Shown: positions 25,600 to 39,477, numbered from the stretch's first letter. The stretch: DNA of 64,000 bases from Glaucostegus cemiculus (GCA_976551045.1 CDPCPM010000011.1:6324001-6388000); one strand, 5' to 3'. The notes: generated by a model not told the origin, from the letters alone. Translations and numbers: made by a program.

Positions 25600-26050
25600 T
25601 TCCAGTTCTTTTTCAAGTGGGCCCTTAAGGCCAAATTCAGGTCTTATCAGCAGTTTGTCGCTTATTCCCAGTGGCTGCACTAGTTCTCTCAAAAGACGTA
25701 AAAGAAGTTGCAGGCTTTCTCGTTTAGATAGTCTGATCATTAATATCAAAGAAGAAACTTGCTTTCCCCATCCCCAGTGCTTCACCTGTTAACACTTTTA
25801 CCCCATTTAGATAACAGCTGCTGGATTCCTTTTGCAGATAATTAGCAGCTGCACTGAATTAATTCTGGTTATCTTCATGCAGTGAAATTGTTACTGTGAT
25901 TTTATTGTGAAGTAAATTCTGTCACCTTCAAGGTATTCTTTTTATATATTCATTTGCGGCAGTGTAACATGATGTTTAGCTATGTAAACAGCCCTGATGC
26001 CAGTGAAATGAATTAATTGTCCCAGAATACATTATGGCTGCTGATCATGC
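25600..26050. promoter_or_regulatory. Candidate enhancer with GATA/E-box cluster
   Basis: Five WGATAR sites (about 25643, 25726, 25809, 25836, 25869) and two CAGCTG E-boxes (25815, 25846) within about 230 bp of unique sequence. Confidence 0.35.
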
Positions 26051-27199
26051 AAGATTTTTTGAGTATCTACAAAATATGAAATAATGGGGGCAGTGGGACA
26101 AGCAGAGGGATATATTTGGGGATTTCAGAATAACAGTGTATTTATTCTTTGTATATACGAACCATTTTGCAAATGTTAAACTAAATATAACTTAGTAAAT
26201 GAAAAAAAAAGAAATCAGAGCCAAGTATTTTTCCACGTTGCTATCACTGGAACCTTTAATAGGAAAAGCTGGAACTGTTTATCTTTTATGTCCAGCTTCA
26301 ATTGTGTAGACTTTTAATGTATTGATGTTTCTATTATGAAAAATGGCTTCTTTCCCTCTGCCTCATAACCTTCAGAGTCCCACAGGGTCTTTCCTTTTCC
26401 ATATCTGCAAGCTGCCCTTCAGCCACATCATTTGCAGGCACAGGCCTGGAGATTCAATCACATAGCACATGTTGTTTTATGCGCTACACAATTGAATCGA
26501 GGTGGAAATCAATCGCAAGGAATTTCAGTCTATATAATTCATAATGTAATTTTGGATTTCATGATTCCATGCATTGTAACATGTGAAGGATGCTGGGCAC
26601 ACTGCAGTGATATCAACTGGCTTGTCGCACATGTCACATGAAACCTCCTGGGCCAAAAATAGGCCCCTGGAGAATTGATTGTGCTCTACCTAAAGGATCA
26701 GACCATATCTACAGCATTGCTACTTTGGACCCTGTTGCAGAAGGTATTGATGGATTCTTCTCTGATGCAATGATGATTTCAGAGCATTGTATAGGAGCAG
26801 GCTTCTTTAGTTTCTGCAGTCCAGCACTGGAGAGGAGTGAAGAGCTCAGCCCTGTATCCATTCTGGTATTTCTCACAATAGCTTATTGAAAGCCACCCCC
26901 TACTTCCAGCAGTGGGTCCAGTTGCTTTAAGAGCCCTCGAAATGACTAGACATCCTTCAGGTTGGTTCATGGTGCTTGATTCATGTTCCAAGCTTATTGG
27001 CAGCTCCAACCATGGTACTATGAAAAAGATGCTTGAAGTGCAACTTTTAAACGTGTGCACAAAAATTATTCCCCAACTGCTGCAGATCAAAGCAGCACAA
27101 ATTCCCTCTGCATCACCACTTAAGCAGTTGTTTTAATGTAAGGTTGCATTTCAACTGCAGAACCAGCTTCCACACTTCGACTGAATTCACACTAGCTGA

Positions 27200-27760
27200 A
27201 AGGGTCTCTACACTGTCAGACTCATTGAAAGTCAAATTCTTGTTAGTCGCAACTTGCTCCACTTCATCATAAAGAAGAAAAAAAAAATTAACCTCTTTGG
27301 TCCCCAGCACAAACTCTGCTCCATTATCAATGACCTCATTCTCCTTCAAACTGAATATTCTACAGTCCCACCATCCAATACAAGATATCCATCACAGATA
27401 CTGTTTATTTCTATTCCATCAGCTCAGTATGACACAAAGATTTTTGGCTTCTTAAGCCTTAATATTCTACAACTACTGGTGCTCAGGTACTCTGGCTGTT
27501 CCTCTGGTCTTTCCTACCTCTAGACTAGATTGTTCTGATGGATCAATCACCTTGCCCTGAAGCATCAATGTCCCCCAGATTTTGCCTTAGGTATTTTGAA
27601 CATATAATGCTCCCCCCACCTTCTCACCCCTTCCTTCCTCTCCTCCAAATACATTACCTTTGGAATTTTTGGTTCATCTGTGAATCCCCAGAAACCACCA
27701 TCCAATCCATCCCTTCCAAACCAAACATCTTTCCAAATGTCCTATTTCTCTTATTCTTGC
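27200..27760 (+). mobile_element. Decayed L2-clade LINE ORF2 fragment
   Basis: SRNLLHFIIKK..LFGPQHKL and TSRLDCS resemble the L2 RT C-terminal motifs MSxNFLQLNxxKTEAIVFG and TSRLDYxN. Confidence 0.6.
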
Positions 27761-30555
27761 CTTGTAACAGCCCTCTCTCTGTGGTAACCCTGCACCTCTC
27801 GAATCAAGAGAATCATGAGTTCAAGAGGATTACCCATACGTAGACTGAATCAGTTAAATCACTATTTTTTATACTTCTTCAGAGGGGATTAAGAGGGCTT
27901 GGATTTAATACATATGAAAAATGCAGGCATGGGAAACTAACTAGGTTTCCCTAAACACTCCCGCCATCTCCTGCTGTTATTGGAAGTAGAGTGGTGGTAG
28001 GGAAAACAGTCTTTTTTTTTGAGGGTGAGGGAGAATATTTTAGAGGTGAGGATCCAACAATAGGACCAACTGTTCCATTTCTCTATCTATTGACTTCAGT
28101 TTTATGTAGAACATCAAAGAAAACCTAACCCAGTTTACCTTTACATGTCATGATTCTGAGTACTGGCCCTTGATTTGGCTCCTTAGATGCCTCATTGTGC
28201 AGCACATGGATTCCATGTGGGACTGATTACATAATGACACACACCTGAACCCCATCAGGGGCCTAGCATAAGTACCTGGGTTTCTCTAGCACTAGTTGCC
28301 AGAGGATTGGTCAACCTTCAGCTCCTTATGGCTTAGAGTAGTCTACTCTAGAGCAGTCCTGTGTTCTCTATTCCTGCTTGAAGATTCAGTTTGTGTTAGG
28401 ATTACTACTCAGATCTCTGAGACAAGATTTCCTTCCAGTTGCTGCCTGTGTTTGGTCCTGAGGAAGTATCCTGACTCCAGTCTTGCACCAGTGTGCTGCA
28501 TTTGGGTTCTCTGTGAGCTTGCTCTTCAATCAACATTGTGACATTACACTTCACATGATAAGGGAAATCCAATGGTAAAAAGCAATATCCAAAGAGACCC
28601 GTCACCCAACATCAAATATCCTTGTTCAAATAAATCACCTGTAACTTGAAAATATATTTCAATATGAAATTATCATGATAATGATATAAACATACAGCAC
28701 AAGGTATCTGCCACTGCGGCAGAATGGAAAGAAATTGCAAAAATTATAAGCTAGCTTGTACATGGGAAGGAGTTAAATGTGCAATATGATTCATGTTCAG
28801 AGCACATTTCTGTACACAACTCTCTCTAACACACACACACACGAATAGAGATTCTCTTAAATAGTTCAGTCAAGGTATGCAGGGGTAACCCATGAATTCT
28901 TGCATTCCAATTATTCACAACAATGAGCTGGATTTTTGCTGTATAAAGAAAGGAGAAATTTTGTCTCTGTTAAATGAACAAAAATGTTCTTGAATAACTT
29001 AAACAGATTCTTTCATGAGTTGTAACTGAGCTTTAATCAATGACTTCCACTAATTTTCTGGTAAAGCTCTGACTGTATTAATAAATACTGGAATTGGGAG
29101 TGGAGATGCTGATAGATGTTGAGAGACCAAAGCAGTATTCAGTGTCACTTTACCCAGTTATAAGTTGAAGTGGTCTAGTGTAGTCTTACACAGAGCTTAG
29201 GTATTTTTTTGCATTGAATGCACTTCCAGGTCCAGAACTATGAATTTGATCTTTCTTCCATCCTTTTTTTCCTGGGATGGTAGCAGAACTAAAACCATAT
29301 TCTAATGCTTTTTGCACTAATGCTCTGCCCATTGATATTTTCACATTGGCCTCAAGTTAAGTAAACAGTTCTCACAGACTTCGGCCTCAATTGATCACCT
29401 AACTCAGGATCCAATAATATAAATAGGGTTCTTGAGGCTTCTTGGATTGCAAACTTATAACTCAACCAAAATATAGGGCCTGCACAATGCCTCTAGATGG
29501 AAAGCAAATGGAATCTCCCTCCGAGGATATTCACCCATTCTACCTGGTGTAGCCAGAAACTAGAGCAAAGCCCTTGAAGGCATAGACTTACATCAACTAA
29601 TGAAAAGCATTACCAGCACCCCGGACCCAATAAAGCACCAGCCTAGGGCTATCATCCAGTAATGCTTAACCAACCATTATTGTTATAGCCTTTTCTATTG
29701 TTTCCATCAATGGAAACCATTACCTTATATCTCTGGCAGTTAATTCTTGGGTAGCACTTTTTTCACTACTCAGCTTACAGCTTGCATTTAGGCTTTCTGT
29801 TTCCATGTTTGAGCAGAAGTAAGATTTTATATTAGCTTATATTGCTACAAAATTGAAGTATTAATTCAAAAATAATTGGTTTCATCTCACTTTTCAAAAA
29901 TCGTCCTTCTATTTTTGGATAGTGAGTAATGAAATTTTCTTCTCTTTACTCAAATCCATTCTTTCCCCACAAGTCCTGAGTGGAACAAAATGGTACAGAC
30001 CTTTAAATTGTAACACACAACTGAGAGAAATTTTTCAGAAATTAGTTTTAGATTCTCAGATATTATAATGTCTAGAAAAATACTGCCAACTTTTTAATAA
30101 GTTTTGGAGTTGATCTTCCTCTCAAGATGACCCCGAGACAGCTGGAAGAGCTGTCCTCCATCCCTGAGCAGGCAAAATCCCTTTATACCTAATTAAAAAA
30201 CCCTGCTCATTAGGCAGTTCCACTTGTTAACATGCAGGGCCAAGATTAAGTTCCTCATATCCTCACTATTAGTCAAGGACCCAAAGGCCTGTGAATCAGC
30301 CCGCTCCATCATAACTATCTAATGTCAATTTACCACAGCCTCCTGTTCTGCCTTCATATGCCTTGCAGCAAAAACAGAGAATAATGTAATGACATGTTCA
30401 GAGATACCACTTACAAAATTATTGCATCAAAAATCTTCCCTAGTAGCATTAAACAGGTAGAGATTAACTATGCTAATGCTGTTTAAATAGAGCTTAAACT
30501 GAGTGGAGCTCTTGGCAAAGAAAATGCCTGATAATCATGATGGAATGTGTGATAA

Positions 30556-30872
30556 TCACAAGATCACAAGATCACAAGACAAGGGAGCAGAAGTAGGCCA
30601 TTCAGCCCTTCGAGTCTGCTCCATGAGAAGAGAAAAGATAACATACCTATCCCCAATTTCCAGCCTTATCCCCATATCCCTTGATACCTTGATTAATTAG
30701 GTACCTATCCAACTCCCCTTTAAATGCCCCCACTGACTGAGCCTCTACAGCTGTATGTGGCAGAGAATTCCACAATTCCACCACCCTCTGACTAAAGTAA
30801 TTTCTCCTCATCTCTGTTTTAAACTGATTCCCTCTGATTCTAAGTCTGTGCCCTCTAGTCTTGGACTCACCA
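30556..30872 (-). mobile_element. 5'-truncated CR1-type LINE with (TCTTGTGA)n tail
   Basis: ORF 30647..30946: GESKTRGHRLRIRGNQFKTEMRRNYFSQRVVELWNSLPHTAVEAQSVGAFKGELDRYL. There is an octamer tandem tail, and ataatc occurs at both junctions (possible TSD or microhomology). Confidence 0.93.
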
Positions 30873-30892
30873 CATAATCTTTCAGAACCTGT

Positions 30893-31190
30893 GGGGGTGA
30901 CACAGTGCTTCAGCTGGTGGGTCTGCAACTTCACAGCTTCTGTCATTCAATCCTGGCCTCTGATGGTGTATCCCTGTGACCACATGGGTTTCCCCAAATG
31001 CATTGGCTTCCTCCCACACCCTAAAGAAGTAGGTTTAATTGGCCACTGCGAACTGCCCCAAGTGTAAGTGGGTGGTTGGATCTGGGGAAATTTGATGGGG
31101 AAAGGTTACATGGAAAATTAGTGGGAGAGATGGGATTGCCCTGTGGGTTAGCATAGATTGATGAGCCAAGTTGCCTCCTTCTATGATGCA
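30893..31190 (+). mobile_element. V-SINE (HE1-like) with long CR1-like tail
   Basis: Head gacacagtgcttcagctgg..ttcaatcc, core catgggtttcccc..ggcttcctcccacacc, spacer aattggccactgcgaactgcccc and tail gagccaagttgcctccttct. Confidence 0.8.
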
Positions 31191-34100
31191 AGGTAATATG
31201 GTAATATGGAAATTTGAGAGGAACAATATAAGTAAAGATAGCTGGAATTAGTTGGCTGGTTTTGAGTGAACTATTTGGAGCGATCAATACAACTTATTGA
31301 GTTAGGCATGACTTATGCAAGTACATAAAAGAGGATGCAAGGAAAATGTGCTTTGGATATCAAATACTCAAATTCCATGGTACATTTAAAATAGTAACTG
31401 ACAAGTGCATAAAGGATATTTAGCACATCAACCACCTTCTCATTTTGACATCAATACCTTTACATTAAAAATGTAATAAAGATTAATCTGACACAAAATG
31501 AACGATAACCACCAGAAAGGTTTCATTAATAATTTTGGTATTAAAGTTTTGTGTTTACTAAAATAAAAGTTCTTGGTATTAGGTAAGTGAACCCATATAT
31601 TTTCAGAATATAGGAGCACCATTAAGTATGATGAGGTCAGGTGTATTTGCAGTAAAAAGCAATAGTACAGCTCATCTCCATTAGACAAGTCAGGTATTTC
31701 CATTAATTAAAATACTCTTAATTACAACCTTTGAATGAAGTCCCTAATTTTGGTGACAAGTGGAATTGAAATGTAGACATGTTTATCTTGCTCTACATTC
31801 ATTCTCACCAGGCTCCTGCGTAAACCTCCTACAGCTCATTCATTTGAGATTCTTACAGTCATCACTGTGAAAGTCCTTACATCCAAAATACCTCTGCTGG
31901 ATCCTCACTCCATGAAAAGGTAATGTTCTAAGACACATGTCTATTCACTATATTTTTTTCTGATCTTCTATGAATGTACTCTTTTATCCACAATGATTGA
32001 GAACTTTTTAAGGCCATGTGGTAAGGAGCATTGACACAAAGAATCACATCATTGCAGTTTTTGTAATGTGAATTCATGGCCTAGATATTCTAGATGCACT
32101 CTTGTTGGTACATTAGATGGTCATAACATACTCACATGCCACTAACATACATATGGCTGCCTAAGTATGCAACCTGAGATCCTATCTCAAAACAATACTT
32201 GTGCGCAATTGCACCAAATATTAAGTAGACCAAGTGGTCTTCTTTAGAGGGGCTGCTAGAAGCCAGTCAAAGATGATCCAGAAAATATTCTGTATTTTTA
32301 TCCCAGAAGAAGCAAGAGCAGTCATTGTTGCCTCCCAGAAACACTTGCCCTACTGTTGTCTTGTCCAAAGCCTCCTCCAGAATTGTTGGTGCATTTATGA
32401 GTTTGCCAATGTGATGCCCAGCTACAAAGGGCAAATTGTTCTACAGCAAATATTTCCAAATGAGGCTTCAACCTGAATTTGGTTTGAACTTCAAATTGGC
32501 ATAACTAAGCAAACAAAATGGCATATAGGCTGGAAGTTGAATCTCTTGACTTCAGCTTTTTGTTTGATCAAGTAATTTAAGTGTAGTATGATGATCAAAA
32601 ATGATCATGCATATTAACACATTAAAGCAGTTTGCTTCACAATTGATTGATGCCAGAATTCCACTCACCCTTGCGACTGTTATCTTTGTTGTGTCACTGG
32701 GTGGAACTATCAAGCAGACCTGTTGTTTCTTTCACTGAGGTAAACAGCAAGGGTTTGACTCTTCACACCATCAGCAAGCAGATTCACTTGGGCTGGTGAG
32801 AGGTCCTGTAAGAGGACATTGATTTCTCAAATTTAACCTCCTCTCCCCTGAACTCTTGATCTTCCAGAAAGCAATCTGAAGGACAGCTTTCTTGTTAGGA
32901 GGATATGGTGCTAGGTTGTGCTTCAGTTGTTTCCGAGCACTTCGCAGTAAAGAACAGCACTGAGGAGGCTTAAGGACAGCCTGGAGGTGAATTAGTAAAT
33001 CAGAATGATCAAAATGGCAAACAAATATTAAAGGACAAAATATCCTTGTGGAAAAAAAACCCTGGTCTAAACACAATTATGTCCACTGACTATAATTAAT
33101 TACATGGGCATTGTCCTTTATCTGATCGTTGCTTGCTTCATGTATAAAAAAAATCTAATTTATGGCAACTCATCAGGATTTCTTTTTTTTTTGTGCAGAT
33201 TCTCCCAATTTTCATGGGTGATTCAGTTAAAGAGTAATCCTGCTGTGCCACTGCTTTATAAAACATGGCAATTTAAGGATAGTCCAAGAAAACTAACTGA
33301 GAAAAAGATTCTTCACTCTCTGGTGCTTTATATAATTGGGTATGGCTTGCCAGTCTTCATCCTTGCCATAAAAAAATGATAAATGGAGCACTGCAAGTTG
33401 TTTGTAGGGGAGGGATAAATCTGCAGAATTAGTTCTGTCTATCATAAACACACTTCCTGCTGGGTAATCTGGAGTAACAGCAATGATAGTTCTGAAAAAT
33501 GATCCAAGCCATTCCCATCTTACTGCATCAGAGGAAGTGTGCGACATTAGCAAGGGGCTGTAAAGGAGAACGTGTGTGAGATGAGAACACACACACACAA
33601 AGTCTTCTGTTGCTTTTGCAGTCTGCTGCATTTGGAAATCAGTATTTTAAATAAACATCCTCGGTGCTAACACCAGTTTTGATCTTGCTTAATTCCACCT
33701 ATGCTTTTTTCCTTCAGATTTAACCAAATAAGTGGCTTCTCCTGGAAGCCAAACTTTGCAAGGTTATCACTTCTGTTACTGGTGACAAGTTAGTTTGCAT
33801 TTCTTAAAATGCTTTCAAAGCAGTGCCATTTCATTAAAGTTCTACTTTTATCTGTTACCGAGCAAGATTGTCTTTTATAAATTCTCCAAAAAATATTGAG
33901 GAAAAAAACAACAAATAAACCCTTTATGTGCACCTCATATTAAATCAATTCTTGGTCATTGGAAATCTAGATATCTAATTAATCTGAGTAGCCAAATTCA
34001 GATAAAATATCATTGCACCTGTTTGACTTTACTGCTATAATTTACAAACTTTAAGAATCAAGAATAAAGAATAAATAAAAACTATTCTTTCGCGTCTTGG

Positions 34101-34859
34101 TATTTTTAACCTAGCTTTTTAAACCCTTAATTCCAAAGACTTTTCATTATTTTAAACACAGAAAATATTTTCAAGCAAACTTCATGCCTACTGTCTGATA
34201 TTTACTTGCATTTTCTTCTTGCTTGCTTTCAAAGCTTTTAAAACTGGAATTGCCTAGAACTTACAACAGAATTCCACTTCTCCATCACATTTCTAATCTT
34301 ACCAACCCACTGCCCATTTAAGTTAACTGCATTTTGAAAGCTTGTAGAATTAATAGGAATTGTATCCTAATAATTCAACCATTCTTTTAGCAACATGCTC
34401 ACTTTCCTTCTTCCAGCCTCATTTTATTTACATTCCTGACTGTCAAATGTGTTTGATTTTTAAGCATAGGAGTTCTAATGTGGAGCAGTGAAGGATCTAC
34501 AATTGGCCAACAGCTATCCTTACTTATAATTACCTTGTCAAGGTTTGCTGCAACTCCTCCACACTGCTGACATTGAGGCAAAATTACTTTGTACCATCAT
34601 ATGGTTTTGTAGTATCTGAGATCTGCAAGAATTGCAGGCTTTTAATCGAGTATAAGTCTTCAGTTGATTTGCTCTTCGCAAGTTATTCCAGTGAACCCAT
34701 TAGCTTTCCCAACAACACAAATCTACATAATTTTGGGGCCACGTGGGTGTTCCAAATTTGTAGCACTCAGGTTAAAGATGGAACTTTGAAACAGAATGAC
34801 AACAGAGCAATGAATTGAATTGGAATGAATCTGGTCTTTTGCCATTTGTTAATTACACT

Positions 34860-35470
34860 GGGCTCAATTTTGAAGGATGTTCCAAAGGGAGCTGGAGGAG
34901 TACAGTCATTCAAATGGAAATAGTTGGGCCCAGTCTTGCTAGGAGTCCCTGATGTTACACTGGTGAATCTCCTCTCAGATCTTGTGCCAATCAAACTTGA
35001 CCTAGGATTCCAGACCTCATTGATTTTAGAAGCGATCTAGGCCTACAGATCAGAGGCAAAGAGGAAAGTAATTCTTTTTTAATTATCTTTCTTTAGTTTA
35101 ATTTTCTTTATATTTCAAAGATCTTGTATGTGTTTTAATGATTTATAACACACTTTAGTTCTTTTTAATGATTTACTGCAAATGTTATTGTTTTTGAATG
35201 TCAGAGTTTTTAATCATATTCAACAACTTTAAGCTCCACAGCTACTTTGAGAATTGGCCATGTCCACTCCCCAGGTTTGTCTTCTGTCACTGCATGGGAC
35301 CATCTGGGGAGCAGGGTCTCAGCACTGCTCCACCCAGGGGTTGCTGCCAGTCGAGTCCATGGAGGGCCAGCAAGATCAGCCCTTGACATCCAGTAGTGAT
35401 TTCCGGCAGCAGGTGGTCCAGCAAAACACGGCCCAAGGTATTAAAGAGCTCTCTCCTAGAAACCATCGCT
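34860..35470 (+). repeat. Old dispersed repeat with AT-rich core (probable non-autonomous DNA transposon); related copies at ~42400-42900, ~55850-56450 and possibly ~59620-60400
   Basis: The motif gaatgtcagag..tttaa (35196) matches the reverse complements of tttaaatgtctctgacattc (42644) and tttaaatgtatctgatgtcc (56078). An adjacent tagct(g/a)t motif and an A/T-rich core are also shared. Confidence 0.45.
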
Positions 35471-35589
35471 ATCTTTTGCTACATTCTTTTTTGTAAAGTT
35501 TTAGAATGAGGCAAACATACATTCTAAATCACCCTGAAATTTACTTTTCTCATAAAGATGAGTGGTTTACTACAAAGGGCATGAATAAT

Positions 35590-35740
35590 GTCCTGATGCA
35601 GGGTTTCAAGCCAAAGCATTTGCAATTCCTCCCCACCACCCGCCCCCCACCCCCCCCACAGATGCTGTTCAGCCCACTGAGTTCCTGCAGCAGATTGCTT
35701 CTTGCCCCAGATTCTAGCATCTGCAGTCACTGTGTCTGCA
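35590..35740 (+). mobile_element. Single arm of the Penelope-derived fold-back family, copy 4
   Basis: cctgatgcagggtttcaagccaaagc (decayed hammerhead-like core), followed by cagatgctg..gagttcctgcagcag..ccagattctagcatctgcagtc. Confidence 0.7.
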
Positions 35741-36621
35741 TCAATCATCAATCTTGCTTTACTTCGTGTGGATGTAAGTAAAGCAATGGGTCATTTACAG
35801 CAACCCTCTCACAATTCATTGTTATTTTTCTGTTTCAATCCCCACAGACTAGAATATGAACTTCTCGCTGTTGAGAAGCTGCCCAGCTATCACTTCACCT
35901 TTACCTACGTATCTGGCATATTGTATAGGATTATTACCATATTGCAAGAAAGAACTTCCATGATAGCTTCACAAAAAGCGTTCCACCTCTAAGATGGTAT
36001 GCTTCCCTGGAATGCCCATGCTGAGTAAGTCAGACTGCTGATAGGCAAGGAATTCACAAGGCAGAGCAAATTCTGCTTCATAATGTCTTGAGCTCTATGA
36101 GCTCTCAATAACTGTTCAGCATTCTACATTTGTTATCTACTCATAGTACTTAAAAATAAACAAGCACTAAAATGGCTTGGTCAGGCAAGGTCATATCTCT
36201 CATAATTTTACAAGAGTCTACATTGTCACTTCTCTGCAAGGAATTGTTGATATAATTCCTTCCCAAATTTAGTGGCAATCTATATATTTTATACCCTACT
36301 TAAATACTTTAGCCATTTGATTCACTGTGCCAAATATTGATATTTTATTGTGCATTGGACCATTAACTTCTTTAATGAACAGCAAAGAAATGTTTGACAG
36401 TTTGATACACAGTACTTGTGTGCGAAGTAGACAATGGGTTCTATTTATCTTCTCCTTTCACACTGCTGTAGACTTCATTTTACAGCACTCACCGACTGAA
36501 ATGAACTTTTGTGTTTATATTTATACTGTTAGCTGATACATACTGTGCTGTTTATAGCACTCCAGCTTGCTATAGCTAGTGATACCACATTTTTAAATTC
36601 AGATTTTCAGTTTCCGGAGTA

Positions 36622-37018
36622 CAGTCAAACTCCATTAATCCGACCTACTTGGGGATTTGGTGGTACCATGCCGGCAAGTTTCCTGGACAGTTGGACGTTA
36701 GTTCAACTAACACTACACACACCTTTAATTCACCTTTTTTGATACGTTACACCATTGTACAATAATTTTTCCAGTGAACCTGGTAAATTTAAAGGAAGCC
36801 TGAGAAGCGGAGACCAAGTGAGTTTAAAGGGAGTGTGGGAAACAGAACCAGACGAGTTTCAAAGGAGTGTGGGAACCACGACCCAGGTAGATTTAAGGGG
36901 GTGCAGGAATAGGGGTTCCAGTGAGTTCAAGGCAGCATGCCAATCAGCACCTGGTGAGCCAGATGCCAAACCATCAGGATTTCCAACAACTGGATGATGG
37001 ACTGTTGGAGTTTTACTC
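36622..37018. mobile_element. Tigger/pogo-like MITE with internal ~34-bp minisatellite
   Basis: TA|CAGTCAAACTCCATTAATCC ... GGACTGTTGGAGTTTTACTC|TA terminal inverted repeats with TA on both sides. About 4.5 diverged tandem units lie at 36779-36932. Confidence 0.75.
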
Positions 37019-37196
37019 TACATCGCTTCTGTGCTCCAAAGCATTTCTATGAAAGAAAGAACACCTTCAGTATTTATTTGGCAAGAGGATGGTGACTTTC
37101 GTTCAACGTGTCCCATGTTTAAGATCTGCAGTAATGGAATTTCAGATGATTAAAATAATCCTTTTTGCTTTAGTTTCAGGTACACTGGTTCTAACA

Positions 37197-37406
37197 ATAA
37201 AAAAATGTTTGTCCTTGCACCTTATTGTCTACCGCCAATGAACTTCCCTGTAGCTGTGACACTTTACTCTGTATGCTATTATTGTTTTTACTCTGTACTA
37301 CCTCAATGCACTTTGTAATGAATTGATCTGTACAAACAGTATGCAAAACAAGTTTTTCCCTGTAACTCGGTACAAGTGACAATAATAAACCAACACCAAT
37401 ACCAAT
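37197..37406 (+). mobile_element. 3'UTR fragment of a Rex1/Babar-like LINE
   Basis: Ends gcaaaacaagtttttccctgtaactcggtacaagtgacaataataaa followed by a (ccaat/ccaac)-type tail, an architecture typical of fish Rex1/Babar 3' ends. The clade call is by resemblance. Confidence 0.65.
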
Positions 37407-38795
37407 GCTTCATAACGCACATTTCAAATAGCTCTTTATTGTCTATGCACTGAGGCTGAGTTTGCTAGAACCATTCCTTCAATCTTTCCACCCACAAATA
37501 TTTTTAATATTCCAAGGAACTTATCAATGAAATTGTTCAGTTTCCAATTAACAGTTTGCTCATTCATTATATGGCTCTATGTGGCTGGTTGTCAGAATGC
37601 AACCTCCCTCCCCCCCCACCACTAACAATGAAGAACATTTCACTGTGGAAGTGTTTGCATTAAGATGTCATACCATGTTTGGAGTTCAGGTGTGAAGTGT
37701 CAATTAAGAAGAGTCCTCCAGTCCACCATTACCTTGTGTAACCTTCTTTCAGGTTTGTAAAAAGTGATGGACGTGTTTTTCTTGTTATTTACCTTCTCTT
37801 TGAAGGTAACCACATTGAAACCGTAGCTCGCTATGACTCTTACAATTTCCACCCTTCCCTTCTTAAAGCATGGATTCATACCTGCGATACTGTTCTAGAG
37901 ATGATCATTGTCCTCCAGCACTTCATCAAAGGCAGTTAGTGTTTAGCAGCCTTTCTCTCACCCTATTCCATTGTCTGAACTCAATCTCAGCACTGTCTCA
38001 TTGTTGTACAAGTCTACAACCTTGGGTATCGCTGGATAACAGCTAAGAGTTCATTCCAGAAGGGTACAAAACCAACTCTGGCACCACCTTTATGTTTTTG
38101 ATGAAGATTAACCCTTTCAATTCACAAATAAAATATGTTTAGATTTAGGTAGTCAAAGACTTACTAGAGTTTTAAATATCTTTGAGCCAGGTAAGATCAG
38201 AGTACCTTTAGGACAAACATCACAGAAGGAATTCAGTGTTCTTTCATATCATAACTCAGACGTATTACATTATAGAATTATTAGTGTTTTACATTTATAA
38301 AAGAACTGTCATAACTCAGTGTCATAATGAGGTATTGCTGTTGTACTTACAGCAATATTCAACTCTGAATGATAATATCATACTCAGTCATATATTCTCA
38401 AAATTGATATCTTCTTGTAAAATAATTTCAATAATGAATTTGTTTAAAATATCTGGACAAGAGTGCCTGGGCTCAATGCTATGGACTATAATATTCTCAT
38501 ATATAAACAGGACTATATACTTTATCTCTGACCAACAAATGTAGAATTTTGACTAAATCATCACTAGTGTTCAGTTGCGCTGCTTTCAGGCTTTGTTACA
38601 TTGTGGCAGTCTACAGATTAGATTCAGGGAACTGACATTCACTCATTCACTTTGTTGTAATAACAAAAATCTTCACTCAACAATAGAACTTTTGAGGCAT
38701 ATTTTCATCGGTTACTTTGGTTAATTGTAAAAGAAATAGACAGTTTAGGCATTTCTGAACAGGAACTGGGTTCCAGAAATAGCTGTGAGTCTATT

Positions 38796-39269
38796 ACTAG
38801 AATGCTGCCGGGTCTTCAGGAGTTGAGTTACAGGGAAAGATTAAGCATGTTAGGACTTTATTCCTTGGAGTGGAGAAGAATGAGGGGAGATATGATAGAG
38901 GTTTACAAAATGATGAGGGGCATAGACAGAGTTAATACAAGTAGGCTCTTTCCACGTAGATTAGGAGAGATAAGTATGAGAGGACATGGCTTTAGGGTGA
39001 AAGGGGAAAGGTTTAGGGGGAACATTAGGGGGAACTTCTTCACTCGAAGAGTGGTGGGAGTGTGGAACGGGCTGCCATCTGATGTAGTAAATGCAGACTA
39101 ACTCTTAACTTTTAAGAGTAAATTGGATAGATACATGGACAAGAGAGGTCTGGAGGGTTATGGGCTGGGTGCCGGTAAATGGGACTAGCAGAATAATGTT
39201 TTGGCACAGACTAGAAGGGCTGAATGGCCTTTTTCTGTGCTGTAGTTTTCTATGGTCCTATCGTTCTAT
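38796..39269 (+). mobile_element. Relatively young 5'-truncated CR1-type LINE
   Basis: ORF 38802..39101, MLPGLQELSYRERLSMLGLYSLEWRRMRGDMIEVYKMMRGIDRV...RGHGFRVKGERFRGNIRGNFFTRRVVGVWNGLP, is a canonical CR1 ORF2 C-terminus. It ends in gggctgaatggcc and an octamer-like tail. Confidence 0.95.
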
Positions 39270-39351
39270 TCAAGTGAGCCAGTTAACAACAAGAGTACTA
39301 TCCATCTAAAAAGCTTTCTCAGGTATGCACAAGGACTGGAAACTTCCAATG

Positions 39352-39477
39352 GAAAAAAATACTGCAGATAGTGGAAATCTGACACAAAAAGAGAAAATGC
39401 TAGAAAAGTTACCAGGTCAGGCAGCATCTGTGGAAAGAGAACCAGTCAACACTTTTGGTCTGCAACTCTTCATCAAA
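39352..39477 (-). mobile_element. Single arm of the Penelope-derived fold-back family, copy 5
   Basis: actgcagatagtggaaatctga...aatgctagaaa..caggtcaggcagcatctgtgga...ctcttcatca matches the arms of the other copies. Confidence 0.65.

Noticed and set aside
25312-25792. Longest ORF (157 aa, minus) overlapping a 124-aa plus ORF
   Set aside because: No recognisable domain or exon boundaries. The region is better explained as regulatory sequence, though a BLASTP search would settle it.
36779-36932. CRISPR-like ~34-bp periodicity
   Set aside because: These are head-to-tail diverged tandem units without unique spacers, in a eukaryotic context with no cas genes.
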